This document shows positions 10,559-22,604 of a stretch of 64,000 nt of DNA, piece after piece. Origin of the DNA: Histomonas meleagridis 2922-C6/04-290x (taxonomy: Eukaryota > Protista > Parabasalia); assembly GCA_020184695.1 (NCBI GenBank), contig JAANOX010000280.1, positions 62,001-126,000 of the forward strand, in the 5' to 3' direction. Numbering within the stretch: position 1 is the first letter of the stretch; every line of letters begins with the position of its first letter. The position numbers and the translations under genes were made by a program. The notes under the pieces are model-generated. The model had not been told where the DNA came from. It saw only the letters and a program-made list of their open reading frames with translations, and did no database searches.

Positions 10559-11215
10559 ATGAGCAGATGTTCCTCGTTTTCAGAAACATATAGAAGACTA
10601 CAGAAAGCAGAGAAATTTGTAGATCCTTCGATTGAGGAAGGATATGAGATACAATATGATAAAGAAATTTGCATAGAATTTAGGAATGTTGAACTCAAAG
10701 AAGGGGAAAATAGATACATCCGCTTTAGGATATTAAACAAATTTGGAGACGATGACAATTTATTAGATGTAAGATTCGAAATTATGGATGACTCAGATCT
10801 ATTTTATTTTCTTGTATCAGAAATAGACGAAACAGGCTTTGAAAAAATTCGTGAGAAAGATCAAATTTTGATTGAGTTTGAAGAGCTTCCAATAGAAGTT
10901 GAGAAAATGCTTGAAGATAGTTTTTCAGATAATGCAAATACAATAGTAATATTTAATGATCACAATAATGGAAGTGGTACCTTAGAGCTCATGGAAGTAC
11001 TGAACATGAAAGCAGTCACTATTTTTAGTTTTGACTTTGATCCTCCAGAAATGGAATTTTCAATTCAGCAAGCTCAATTCAGATTCTCCACAGTAATATC
11101 GGAATTGGAGAGAAAAAAGAAGCAGCTTGGAGAGCTCGAGAACATACAGAAAAACAATCCTGTTTTAATGAAAACAATCAACTCGCCAAGATCGCGTCGC
11201 AGATCACTTAAATAA
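10559..11215 (+). CDS. SAS-6-like protein (SAS-6 N-terminal head plus short coiled coil)
   Basis: 'DLFYFLVSEIDETGFEKIREKDQILIEFEELP...LELMEVLNMKAVTIFSFDF' is a SAS-6 head pattern. The short coil ending 'KNNPVLM' is typical of the SAS6L paralog. Confidence 0.7.
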   Translation: MSRCSSFSETYRRLQKAEKFVDPSIEEGYEIQYDKEICIEFRNVELKEGENRYIRFRILNKFGDDDNLLDVRFEIMDDSDLFYFLVSEIDETGFEKIREKDQILIEFEELPIEVEKMLEDSFSDNANTIVIFNDHNNGSGTLELMEVLNMKAVTIFSFDFDPPEMEFSIQQAQFRFSTVISELERKKKQLGELENIQKNNPVLMKTINSPRSRRRSLK

Positions 11216-11720
11216 ATATCGATTAAATATAAATATTTATGTCTTACAAGAAAAACACGTTTTATTTGGTTAAAAATCACTTTTTATCAAACAATAGTTT
11301 CTTCAATATTGAACAAAATAATGAATTAAGCCATAACATTAACATTAGTAAGAAAACAAATATCCCCTAAGTACAACAGTACTTAAAGTTGTTTTTAAGA
11401 ATTTAAAGAAGCTTGAAGCAAAATGAAGACAATGATAATTTTTTCATGAAACTTTATATGAAAGATATTTTTTTTAATTAATTTGTTGTATTCAATAATT
11501 ATTTAACTACATATTTATGGTGTGTACCTGATGATTTTTATCAAAAACCGCTGATTTCCCAAACAAACATACTCAATTCATATACCGATCAGATTACATA
11601 GAAGTATACTTATGAGTAAAGCTTACAATCGAGTGACGAACCGAAAACTTAATGTTATATAATATCTAATATTATTCTAGAAACTTAAATTAAAATTATA
11701 TATTTATTAATTTCAAGTGT

Positions 11721-14594
11721 TTAAACAAATTCCGGATCACCGAACAATTCTATCAAATATTGTTTTTCTTTTGGTTTACCCGAATAAATACTTATTAAAT
11801 CATCAAGCAAACGATTATTATTTTGTATTATATCTTTTATGATTTCGATCATTTTTTGCATTTCTTTTTCACTAATTTCGTATTCTTTTTTATCTTCGTC
11901 ATCCATTAGAATGAACACTACGAAAGCGCATACAGCTTCGAACGTAAAAGTATGGAAATTACCGAATTTTTCGTATATATGAATGATATCATTAATCATT
12001 TCATTATATTTCCAATCAACAAATTTCAATTTTTGTATCCAATCACAAATTTCTTTTAATATATCGAAATTCATTTCTGGCATTTGATAATTATCAACAC
12101 TATATAAATGTAATAATAATGGCGACAAGAAGTCAAATGTTTTCATATCATCCAAATCATCCCAAGCAAATTCCATTAATTTACCGAATTGATTATAATC
12201 AATTAATTCCATTCCAATGTATTTATCACATATTATATCTAAACAATCAATTAATGAATAAAATGCGCTTCGATTTCGCCAATTATCTCTTGCAAATGGT
12301 AAAAAAGTATTCCAAATTTCTTGGATAATTGGTGGTGGAAGAATATCATTATAAACACATTCAATAATTGGTTCGACTATTAATTTAATCATTTGCGTTG
12401 GTACTAAAAATGTCCATTCGATTAAATCATAAATTTCTCCAATCGAAAGTAATTTCGTTTTTGATATTAATGTTTTAACAAATGAATAAAATGAAAAATT
12501 TTTAAAGTTAATAGTATATATTGGTTTATGATCACATATTAATAAACGACTTTGAAAACTTATATCTTTAACTTCTTTGATGATTTCTAATTGCATTTCA
12601 TTATTCAAATTAATGACTTTATTATAAAATCGATAAATTTTATCAACGATTTCAATGATTATTGTGTTTTTCATGATTAATATTAACTTGGCCATAACAT
12701 ATTCGACGTTTTCTTTGGTATAATATTGTATTAATCTTCTTGCTACATCAATAATTGTTGAAAGTGTTTCAATATCAGTTGACTCTAATAAATTATGAAT
12801 GATTTCAAATGGAATTAAAAAATTACCTTTAAGTTCAGCGGATATTTTGGATAAATAAAAGATAATAACATTCGAATGTTTAACTGATTGATTTCGTATT
12901 TGATTAATTAAATTTAACATGTTATTTAGTATTGGTATTAATAAATTTCCATCAGTTTCTTTAATACTATTTATATAATAAAAAATATAACGTGAAGCAA
13001 TTCGATAATTATCAAATTTTGCTGCCGAATTTAATAAAAGAAAATTCGCTATTCCTAAACATTGATTATCAAAATCACATGGCTTTTGATGATCAATTAT
13101 TAAAAGACATTGCAATTCTAATAAATGCCCTAATAAAATTATATTATTATGTTGTTGATTTAATAAGTTTTGTGTAAAATTATTTAAAATTTCACACGAA
13201 AATTCATTTTCACTATCAACAAGTTCATTAAATATCTTAAATATATAACAAAGACAATTTTCAGATAAATTCCCTGCTAATGATATTAATGTATTAAGAA
13301 AATCTTTAGGATTTAATATATATTCACGCCATAAATGTAAAATTGCTTTAGAACCAAAATAAACAGTCGAAATGTTATTAATTTGAATTGATTCGTAAAT
13401 TGTTGGAATAATAACATCAAGAAACACTTTATCATGTTTCTTAAGATAAGTATCTAAAGTAGAAACAACAAAACAAAAAATAGAATGGTTAAAGTTTTCT
13501 TGTTCTTTCCAGTTACAAAGTTCTTGTATTAAAATGTTCGGGAATTCTCGATGTAAATCTTCAAATATATCTAAAAATAAAGCGCAAATGAAAAACTTTG
13601 ATGTTGTATTTGGAAATTGGACAGCGATTTCATAAATTTCAGCAACTTGTTTTTCATTAAATTTATTATTTGTACAAGAATAAAATAATTGACGAAATTC
13701 TTTAGTTCGAATCCATTCATCAATTTTGAATTGCTCAAATACTAAAAACATTAAATTAATAAATCGTTTAATTTCTTCAATTGGGAAAAATGGAAAAATT
13801 CGAATTAATTTCGTGATTTCTTGATATGAGAAATCCAAATTATTTATATTCTCTTCTAACTCATTTAGTCGAGCATTAATAATTGGATTTTCTTCTTCAA
13901 AAAATTCTTGATTTCGAATTTTAAGTTTATTAATATATGAAAAATATTTAAAGAAATCATTTGTTGGTAATTCATTAATTTCAAATATTAAGTTCCAAAA
14001 CGATTCATATAAATTTACAATTGTACGCATTCCTTCTAATGGAAGATTTAATGTATATAAAATTTGTAACATAAATGAGCGATTACTAATTGAACCTGTT
14101 TGAAGAAATCTGGGAAGTAAACTTGCAAAAAATGGACCATTTGTTGGAAAATAACCAGTCGGATAATAATCATATAAGGTTTCAAAAAGAAGTTGACGTA
14201 TCTGTGAATTTGTACTTGATGATAAAGGATTACATAAATATTCGAGAAAAATGGGATGAATACCTTTCGCTCTATTTGTAAATTTAGTAATAGCTTCAAC
14301 AATACCAATTAATTCAGGAGGATCTGTGTATGTGTCAGAGAGTGTAATGAAGATTTCCCAAAATTTTTGATGATTCTCCTCTGAAATTTCTGGAAAATGT
14401 TCGCGAAAATATGGTGACAGATTAAAAATCGCACCAACTATAATAGAGGTTGAGAGGTTTTGTAAATTTTCGAAAACATAAAAAAATGGTATTTCATTAA
14501 TATTAAATGGTTCAATTATTGGTAATATTTGATTGAAGTCTTGTTGTGATATTTTTTCACCATCACTTTCGAATTTTTGTAACACATTTTCCAT
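11721..14594 (-). CDS. Large alpha-solenoid (HEAT/ARM-like) hypothetical protein
   Basis: About 957-aa ORF with helical periodicity. Likely ATG at 14594 (MENVLQKF); the track starts at GTG 14648. Confidence 0.65.
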   Translation of the reverse strand: MENVLQKFESDGEKISQQDFNQILPIIEPFNINEIPFFYVFENLQNLSTSIIVGAIFNLSPYFREHFPEISEENHQKFWEIFITLSDTYTDPPELIGIVEAITKFTNRAKGIHPIFLEYLCNPLSSSTNSQIRQLLFETLYDYYPTGYFPTNGPFFASLLPRFLQTGSISNRSFMLQILYTLNLPLEGMRTIVNLYESFWNLIFEINELPTNDFFKYFSYINKLKIRNQEFFEEENPIINARLNELEENINNLDFSYQEITKLIRIFPFFPIEEIKRFINLMFLVFEQFKIDEWIRTKEFRQLFYSCTNNKFNEKQVAEIYEIAVQFPNTTSKFFICALFLDIFEDLHREFPNILIQELCNWKEQENFNHSIFCFVVSTLDTYLKKHDKVFLDVIIPTIYESIQINNISTVYFGSKAILHLWREYILNPKDFLNTLISLAGNLSENCLCYIFKIFNELVDSENEFSCEILNNFTQNLLNQQHNNIILLGHLLELQCLLIIDHQKPCDFDNQCLGIANFLLLNSAAKFDNYRIASRYIFYYINSIKETDGNLLIPILNNMLNLINQIRNQSVKHSNVIIFYLSKISAELKGNFLIPFEIIHNLLESTDIETLSTIIDVARRLIQYYTKENVEYVMAKLILIMKNTIIIEIVDKIYRFYNKVINLNNEMQLEIIKEVKDISFQSRLLICDHKPIYTINFKNFSFYSFVKTLISKTKLLSIGEIYDLIEWTFLVPTQMIKLIVEPIIECVYNDILPPPIIQEIWNTFLPFARDNWRNRSAFYSLIDCLDIICDKYIGMELIDYNQFGKLMEFAWDDLDDMKTFDFLSPLLLHLYSVDNYQMPEMNFDILKEICDWIQKLKFVDWKYNEMINDIIHIYEKFGNFHTFTFEAVCAFVVFILMDDEDKKEYEISEKEMQKMIEIIKDIIQNNNRLLDDLISIYSGKPKEKQYLIELFGDPEFV

Positions 14595-15039
14595 AGGAAA
14601 ACAAAGAAGAAAAATTTTTTTTTGGTTTAGTGATAAATTTGTGAACAATAATTTGTGACATTTTTATTTAAGAAAATGCAATTTGTCAAAAATCTTCTGG
14701 CAGTGTTTCCTCATGCAGAACATTGATAAAATAAAAACATATTATTGGAGTCAATTTATATTTTAATATTTAATTTTTTAATTTCGAAATGAAAAAATTT
14801 AATAATTTTCAATATTCTATTTTCTATATATTTATTTTATTCCCAATCAACAATAACCAAGTGAATATAAATTCCAGACTGGTTTAAGTAAACAAGAATT
14901 TTCAAGTATTCTATATAAAACAAACAAATCTGATCTTCTTTTCTTAAATTTAAATTTACTTCAATATATGAATGATATTTTCATATTAGTTAAAAAAAAT
15001 TTATTAATTTTCAATATTCTATTTTCTATATATTTATTT

Positions 15040-16027
15040 TTATTCCCAATCAACAATAACTTGATCTGTTCGATATCGTTGTGAAATTATCGCCTTTTCA
15101 ATAGGAATACTCCTGTGTTCAATAAGAGACCCTGCATATGCAATCATAGCTCCATTGTCAATGCAATATCGATCATCCATAGCGCAGACTGTCGCTCCTC
15201 GCATACGCGCCATATCTCCGACCATTTCTTGCAAGCGCCGATTACATCCAACGCCTCCAACAATTAATACTTCGTTACTTTCACAGTGCGCAAGTGCTCG
15301 TTCAGTGATTTCTGTAAGCATAGAAAAAGACTGTCTCTTGGACGGAGAAGCTGAGGTCTTCAACGCTGTATTCACTTTGACTAATAAGTTCTTCAACTTT
15401 CGTTAAGATACCTGAAAACGAAACATCCATACCTTTGACTACATATGGAAGCGCAATATATTTCTTACCTTGGCGTGCTGATAGTTCAACATTGAGACCT
15501 GGCGCTGGATCATTCGAAATTCCAACTAAACGAGCATAACGATCAATACAATTCCCTGCTGCAATGTCAAGTGTTTCGCCAAAAATATTATAACGATCTC
15601 CACTACGCGCAATAACTTGTGTATTACCTCCTGATACATATAATACAACTGGATGTCGTGAGCCTGTAACTACTCGACCCATTTCAATATGTGCTACACA
15701 ATGATTAACTGGAATAAGAGGAATATCCCATAATTGTGATAATGTACGCCCAAGAAGAGCACAAACTTCTAAAGGTGAACCCATCCCTGGTCCCATCGTA
15801 TAACAAATAGCTTTAATATCTCGTGGTGTAATACCTGAAACTTTAAATGCTTCTAATACTAATGGAATTGCATTCGAACGATGATGGTCTGCTGTTTCTG
15901 ATGGTCGAAAACCTTCTCCAAGTGGCGCACAAAATGTTTTACGAACATTAGCTAATATCGTCCCATCTTTTTGAACAATTCCAATCCCAATTTTATTTGC
16001 ACTGCTTTCAAGTCCAAGAAAATACAT
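15040..16027 (-). CDS. OSGEP: tRNA N6-adenosine threonylcarbamoyltransferase Kae1/OSGEP, copy A (one +1 indel in the A5 run at 15324-15328)
   Basis: '[11 protein letters not shown]', '[11 protein letters not shown]', 'LYVSGGNTQ', '[13 protein letters not shown]', '[10 protein letters not shown]', 'RYRTDQV' are KEOPS Kae1 motifs. Confidence 0.9.
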
Positions 16028-16356
16028 TTTTTTAAAAAAAACTGTCGTCACTTTTTATGCATATGTCATGTCACATGTCATATCAAAAAAACAAAAGAAT
16101 CGAAATTGTTTAAAATTCTTTATATATTTATTTATTACAGAATATTTTTCATATTGTGAACTCTTTTGGTGTTGTACATATTTTGAGGGGATTTATGGGA
16201 TCAAATTTATAAAAAAAAAAAAAAATAAATATGAATTTGGTTACTGAATGATGAAATCATTAATGTATCATAACACATTTGATAGAACATTGTACATAAT
16301 TAAATTATATATATTAAACTTCATATTGAAAACAATTTAGATAAATATATTTTTAT

Positions 16357-17527
16357 TTATGCATTGTTCATTGCATTAACGAAATTCTTGAAATCGTTAA
16401 AGTTATTGTTCATCAAAGTATCACAAAGCCTCAGATAAGTGAAGGTTGATAATCCTTGATAAACCCATGACTTGATTTGATTATAAGCAGTCCAATCATA
16501 TCTTTCAAGTGCGTTTTCACCTTCAAATTTAAGGCCTGCATTCTTCGTATCTCTTAAGATTTGAGAAACGAGTGCTGGTGGATTACTTCCTGCACTATAA
16601 TCTTCACCTGTCATTTCGAGACATGTGAAACATACTTCAATATTATATTGTTTGAACATATTAATGATTGTTTGATAACCATCATAATCCCAAATATTAT
16701 AATAACCAGCTGTAAGTTCTGCACAATGACATGCTGTAGTATATTGCCAATGAATACCAGATATCTTACAAGAAAGACGAAGTGAATTACCAAATATTTC
16801 TCGTGCATCCTTTAAAACATTTGCACCATGTTCAATAAGAAGATTAGCATACCATTTGTTAAAGAATTTCCCATATTCAGTGTTCCAACCATTCCCCCAA
16901 TATGATGAACCTCCTGGACGAACATTATAATCACCTGTATCTGTTGGTGGTGAATCCCATTCTGGATGACCTGCAGATGATGCTGCTTCTTTGAATTTAT
17001 TCTTCATCATTGGATCATAACATTGATATGAACCACATCCTGAATATGACCATTTATCAAGTTGATATGAAGGATAACGAAGCTCTCCACATGGTCCTGC
17101 ACCAACTTCAATTTCAATGATCGTTCCATCATTAATTAAATCATTAAATTGATCTCGAAAAGCTGTCATAAAATCATGATACATTTGAAGTGGTGTACGA
17201 CCATTGATCGTAACATCATCATAAGCAAAAGAAATATATTCAGAATCAGTCTTACCAAGAACATCAATGAAATATGGTTGAACAGAACCTTGGAAAACAA
17301 AATCTGGGATAGGAATATTACATGAATCACCAACATTACCACCACAACGATGGAATGACATAACAGGAATGATTTTAAGTCCTTTGTTCTTAAGCATATT
17401 AAAGACTGTCCTATAACCTGTAAATTTGTAATTTTTTTGTGTTTGTTCACAAAGACCCCACCAAACATCAATCATAATACCTTTAACTCCTGCACCTTGA
17501 AGTTGTCCAAACCAATATTCGTATTTG
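16357..17527 (-). pseudogene. Beta-amylase (GH14), copy A: 5'-deleted, lacking ATG, signal peptide and first strand; frame open from MIDVWWG
   Basis: Identical protein to copy B, but B bases 24444-24560 are missing at the junction near 17527/17528. Contains 'DVWWG', 'SFHRCGGNVGD', 'GPCGELRYPSY', 'GENAL'. Confidence 0.75.
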
Positions 17528-17804
17528 AAAAATGTTTTTTACCTCCAACTGCCAAATTCAATGTTCAGCAGGTACATTTTCTATGCTAATTGAAATTTTA
17601 ACAAGGAAATTTCGGTTTTCGGTAACACCCCAACTTTTGAACAAAATAATTTTGATTCCACTTTTATGTAAATGTCATGTCACATGTCGAAATACTTATG
17701 GAGAACGTTTTGTTCAAAATACATTTGTTCAAAAATAAGCGTCTAAGTAGCTGAAATTTTAAAATGTTAAACTTAGGGAAAAATGAATAAAATTTAAAAT
17801 GGTT

Positions 17805-18464
17805 TTACTCAGTTTTTGGATGTTTTCGTTTACCACAAACGAACTTGTTTATTTTTTCAAGGAATTCATGTGTATATGGATAAAGCTTTGGATGGAAAAT
17901 AATTCCTGGTCCTAGTATAAGCAAGTGCACAATTATGAAAATGATGTTGGTTGTTCCAAAGAGCCAAAAGAAGATCATCAAGAAAAGGAAAATTGCAGTT
18001 GATACCAAAAGTCCTTGGATATTTTGTTCATATAAAAACTTATTGAAGAAAGAATATAGTGAAGAACCAAGACTTGCTACTATTTGACAGAATGGCTCTA
18101 AAGGATAAATACGATTAGGTTCATCTTCTGATCCCTTACTTATAGGAGGGAATAACTTTTCTGATATTTTGTCACCGAATTTTTTGTATATTAATGGAAT
18201 AAGATATCTAAATGTAATAATTACTGTTAAAACAGGAATAAATCCAACCTCTCCTTTCTCAACAAAAAGGAATATAAACTCAACAATAAATAGGAGAATA
18301 ACCATAGGAATTGGTCTTCTCCAGAAAATCATTCCTTGGAAGTTTTCATAAATTGAAGTATATGGTTCAAGTACTTTTTTAACATCATCTGCTTGAAATC
18401 TTTCCTTTTCTTCATTTTTGATATCTTTTGTATTTGCTTGATCTTTTTTCTTGCCTTTTCCCAT
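17805..18464 (-). CDS. Reticulon-like ER membrane protein
   Basis: 'MIFWRRP' followed by two long hydrophobic hairpins. Likely ATG at 18464 (MGKGKKK). Confidence 0.6.
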   Translation of the reverse strand: MGKGKKKDQANTKDIKNEEKERFQADDVKKVLEPYTSIYENFQGMIFWRRPIPMVILLFIVEFIFLFVEKGEVGFIPVLTVIITFRYLIPLIYKKFGDKISEKLFPPISKGSEDEPNRIYPLEPFCQIVASLGSSLYSFFNKFLYEQNIQGLLVSTAIFLFLMIFFWLFGTTNIIFIIVHLLILGPGIIFHPKLYPYTHEFLEKINKFVCGKRKHPKTE

Positions 18465-19177
18465 TTTGATATTTGACAGCTGACAGTTTAGATAAACGTT
18501 CTCCACATTTTGTGTACAATTAATTGAAACTGGCAAAAACTTTTCTGAATACTTTTTCAAAGGACTTTTTCAATTGTGTGGTTTCTGCGTTGTTTATTGC
18601 CGTTCAAAAAAACAACCATATCCTCGCATGAAATCTCATTTCATAATGAATCCTGGAGTCTGAATATGCTTTACATACATAACAGTATTGCAATATAACA
18701 TTAATTTTATATCAACGAACTTTGTTATTTTCAATATCGATAAAAATCTTATTCTTTGTTTACAGCTTAAAAAAAGCACAAATACGTGAACACCGGTACT
18801 AAGATTTTGAATAGCAATCATTTGAGAGCAGAATTAAATTTCTTCAAATTTTTGTTTCTTACTGAAGAAATCATTTAGTAGCACAACATCTTGGCAAAGA
18901 CATGCCTTATAAAAAAAGAGGCGCTTCTTAGTCTTTTCTAATGAAATTTCATTAAGTAATACCCAAGTAATATAAAAATTTTTCTTTTGATAGACGAAAA
19001 TTTTCAACTTAATCCTTGTTTGAAGCTAATGAAAGAATAGCTTTCTTCTTGGCTACAAATCGAGATTAAACGTTTGGAAAATTGAATTTTATTTAGCAGT
19101 TTTTGCGTTGGGCTGAAAAATGACATTTTATTTACATTCAAATTCAAAAATTTTGAATGGTTTATGTTTTGTTCAAA

Positions 19178-19185
19178 AACGGTTA
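19178..19185 (+). promoter_or_regulatory. M3/MRE-type core promoter motif AACGGTTA upstream of Rab
   Basis: Matches the trichomonad M3 consensus RRCSGTTD, 10 nt before ATG 19195. Confidence 0.45.
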
Positions 19186-19194
19186 ATTATCCCA

Positions 19195-19779
19195 ATGAGC
19201 ACCCAATCAGATACTTCATCTAAAGTCATTCTTCTTGGTGACTCATCAGTTGGTAAAAGTAGCATTGTTTACCAGCTCTATAAGAAACAATTCAAAGAGT
19301 TGAATGAACCAACTATTGGTACTTCATATATTTCTCATACTTTTGTAACCAGTAATGGCTCTTTTGTTTTACATATATGGGACACTGCCGGTCAAGAACG
19401 TTATCGTTCAATAATTCCAATGTATTCACGCGATTGCGCAGCTTCCATATTTGTTTTTTCTATTGATATGCCAGAGAGTTTTGAGAATTTGCCAATGTGG
19501 TTTGAAATGCTGGAATTAAAGTGCGGCCAAACATCCAAAAAATATGTTGTAGCTAACAAAATTGATCTTGATCAAAATTCACCTTTGATCGAAAATGCCA
19601 AAACATTTTGCGAAGATCGCGGCTGCCCATTCTTTGCAACTTCTGCAAAAGACCACACATCAGTTTTAGCATTGTTTCAGTCAATTGCAAATGATTTGTC
19701 AAATGAGATTGCGATAGCCAAAAAATCCGAATCTCTTGACATCAACATAAATCAAGAGAAGAAAACGTGTTGCAAATAA
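19195..19779 (+). CDS. Rab family small GTPase
   Basis: 'GDSSVGKS', 'PTIG', 'WDTAGQERY', 'ANKID', 'TSAK' and a C-terminal CCK prenylation motif. Confidence 0.92.
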   Translation: MSTQSDTSSKVILLGDSSVGKSSIVYQLYKKQFKELNEPTIGTSYISHTFVTSNGSFVLHIWDTAGQERYRSIIPMYSRDCAASIFVFSIDMPESFENLPMWFEMLELKCGQTSKKYVVANKIDLDQNSPLIENAKTFCEDRGCPFFATSAKDHTSVLALFQSIANDLSNEIAIAKKSESLDININQEKKTCCK

Positions 19780-20135
19780 CCCAATACTATAATAATCTTA
19801 TCAAAATATGAATGGACACATTTTGCTCTTTAGTTTGAATTATACTTAACTATAATTCTAAACCTAAAGAGCCAATATTTAGACATATATAAAACCAAAC
19901 TTCTAATATACAGTGATATATTAGATAATTTGCTCCAACTTAAGCGGTCTCTTTTTTAACAGAAGGAGAAGCCACGGGAAGCAAACACAACACTCCAAAG
20001 CAGAATATGTTTCGCGAGTGGCTTCAACCGGACATGTTACGTGAAACAACGTTCGTTTTGTATGGTTTATATTTTTTTCAATTGCGATCGTAATAAAGAT
20101 TTTAAACATCAAATTTCACCTGTGTTAGATCACTT

Positions 20136-21527
20136 TTATTCATCTCTCATTTGGTTGACATAGTTTTGAATTTGCTTACCAATTTCTTCGATATCATATT
20201 CTGGTACTTTCACGTTTGTCTTAGCGTTTTTCTGGATAAATTCCAAAACAGTTTCGAAAGCTCTAAATCCCTGATGCTTTACAGGTTTATCCTTTTTACC
20301 CATTGGGAACATAATGATTTCAGGGTATTGTTCCAAGGAAGGAACGAATTCTGGTAAATCATTTAATGCGCAATCGATCATATAGAATTCAACATCTGAA
20401 TCCTTCAAAAGATTTGCGATTACAGTCAACACTGGGAGGCTTTGCATTGAGTTACTATCAGTTGAAGCAACAAACATGACAACAACGTCCTTGTTTTCTT
20501 GCATGACAACTGATTCGAGTGTGTTACCAACAGCCTTCTTAACCAATACGTCATTATCAGTGGGTGGCTCTTCACTTATGAATGTGAATTCTTCAGTTCC
20601 ATTAATGATTCCATTGAGTAATGTCTCCAAATATGATAAGCTATGAATAAGTTTCTTATCTTTGATAACCCATCGGCCTCCAGAAATGTCATTAGAAACA
20701 AATGTAAAGAAGTATGGCTTAGGTAAGCCATCGATTTCTGCGTCCTTGAGAAGTTTTTCTGATTCTTCGCTATGAAGAATTGTAAATTGAGATTTGCCGG
20801 CAAACTTTGGTGCGAGTTCTTTAAGGAGGTTAAGTTCGGTATGTGATGATTCTTCGTCATTTGGATCGATTACAAAGCCACTGATGTATTCGGTAAGTGA
20901 TGTATTGATTTGGGTCTCTTCAACGATTGGCGTATCGAGAAGTTTTTCGACTGCTCCTTTGAATGGAAGAAGTTCGCGGTCTGCTGGACGATATATGTAC
21001 ACTCCCTTCTTAGCGGAGACGTTAAATTGGGCCAATAATTCTGATGATACGAAATAGAGGGGAACATCATCAGGAATGCTACGTGGACGTGAAGAAGTGT
21101 CAACGCCAATGAGAATTGGTTCATGGCCTTCGAATAAGATACGAAGATGTTCATGTGATGTAACTTCAACGCGGCCTGATGTAAGAACAAAACGAAGCCA
21201 TATGGTGAAGGATGCTGCAGAAATGGGTGCGCTGCCTAAATCGACAATTTGCCTGCCTTTTTCGAATGGAATAATGCATGGAGGTTTGCCACATCCATAT
21301 GGTTCGCCCTCAGAGTCAGGCGCACGGATGAATGTGATCTTGTCTTTGTAGAGCTTGATTCCATAGTCGGCAAAGTCAATGCGAACATTTGGATTGGCGA
21401 AGATAACAACGGTTCGTGGTGATGTACGGATTGTTTCGTTTAGGAGCTCGCCATAGTAGGTGGGGATGTTGGCACTTTCACCAACAGGGCCTTTAATCCT
21501 GTAGAAAATGAGGAAGAGAGACAACAT
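20136..21527 (-). CDS. Secretory PDI-like/thioredoxin-fold protein without a CXXC active site
   Basis: N-terminal signal peptide. The last domain '[25 protein letters not shown]...[11 protein letters not shown]...YPEIIMFP' is a PDI a'-like fold lacking WCGHC. Confidence 0.7.
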
Positions 21528-21854
21528 GAATGAATATAACCGTTTTTAATTGTTCAAACCAAAGAATACAGTTATTATAGAGACCGTTAATTGTCATTTG
21601 ACAACCGCCAACCCAAATAGTCGAGTGAACTGACAGTAAAAACAATGTTCGCATTTTCATTGTGATTACATTTTGTATTTTTTTTTTTTAGTAATGTTTG
21701 TTTACTTCATTTGTGAATTGATTAAATCTGATTTCTGTAAGTTAACAGTTATGACAATTTTTATTAAGAATTACTATTTTAAAAATTGTAAATTAAAAAT
21801 GAATAAAAACAGTTCTTGTTTAACAATTATTTATAACATAAATATGTGTGAGTG

Positions 21855-22523
21855 CTATTCAGGATACACTGTTCCTTGCTTCCTGAGAATATCCTTCACA
21901 TGTTCTACAAGTGTATTAAAGGTTGAAACAGAAAGCTTTGTAACATCAATCCAAACATTTGTTTGACCTGCTTCAGGCGAAAGCTCTGGTTGAAGATCAG
22001 ATATTAAATTTAACAATTCATTTTGATCTTCTTCAGATTTAATAAGTTCTGCAGCTTTCATAAAATTACTTAGATCTTTTTCATTTACTTCTTTGACTGG
22101 AACCATTTTTCTATATGAAGGAATCGTATGTGAAATGTCTTGAATAACTTTTGGTGCTGAAGTCAATAATGATAGTTCTTTGTTCCTTAACTTGCAAAGG
22201 TTGGAACACCATTCTTTAATATTGTGTTTGCAAGAAATCATTTGTTTTTCTTTTTTGAATAATCTTTTACATTCATCAGAAATAATTTTTGAAAATTGAT
22301 GGTTATCTGGAGGATCAAATGTTGACATGACGTCTCTTTCCCATTCTTGTATAGATGAATATTTGTCGGCCTTTAATCGTAATTTGACTTTATCAAGATA
22401 ATAATGAATTGGTTGTACTTCATTAACAGAACTTGAGGAACAAGATACTTTGCTATTAGTAATTGGATGAAGCATTAATTTATCCATAATTAAAACAAGT
22501 TGATCTAAAACATCAGCTTCCAT
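21855..22523 (-). CDS. Degenerate bromodomain plus ET-like domain protein
   Basis: 'IMDKLMLHPIT...LDKVKLRLKADKYSSIQEWERDV' is bromodomain-like. 'LQPEL...WIDVTKLSVSTFNTL' is ET-like. Confidence 0.6.
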   Translation of the reverse strand: MEADVLDQLVLIMDKLMLHPITNSKVSCSSSSVNEVQPIHYYLDKVKLRLKADKYSSIQEWERDVMSTFDPPDNHQFSKIISDECKRLFKKEKQMISCKHNIKEWCSNLCKLRNKELSLLTSAPKVIQDISHTIPSYRKMVPVKEVNEKDLSNFMKAAELIKSEEDQNELLNLISDLQPELSPEAGQTNVWIDVTKLSVSTFNTLVEHVKDILRKQGTVYPE

Positions 22524-22604
22524 CTTGGGAGGACGTTAAGTTTCATGGAGGGGTGCCCTCGCGTTTAACGTTCTCTTGTTATTTGGTCACTTCAACTTAA
22601 TTAA

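Larger units (their letters stand above)
14793..17713 (-). repeat. Left arm of an inverted duplication (copy of 24257-27293)
   Basis: Near-identical reverse complement of 24257-27293, differing by one 117-bp deletion, homopolymer indels and at least one substitution. Confidence 0.95.

Noticed and set aside
11520-11650. Less AT-rich intergenic patch with TGATGA...CTGA
   Set aside because: The boxes are only about 20 nt apart, too short for a C/D snoRNA, and there is no other support.
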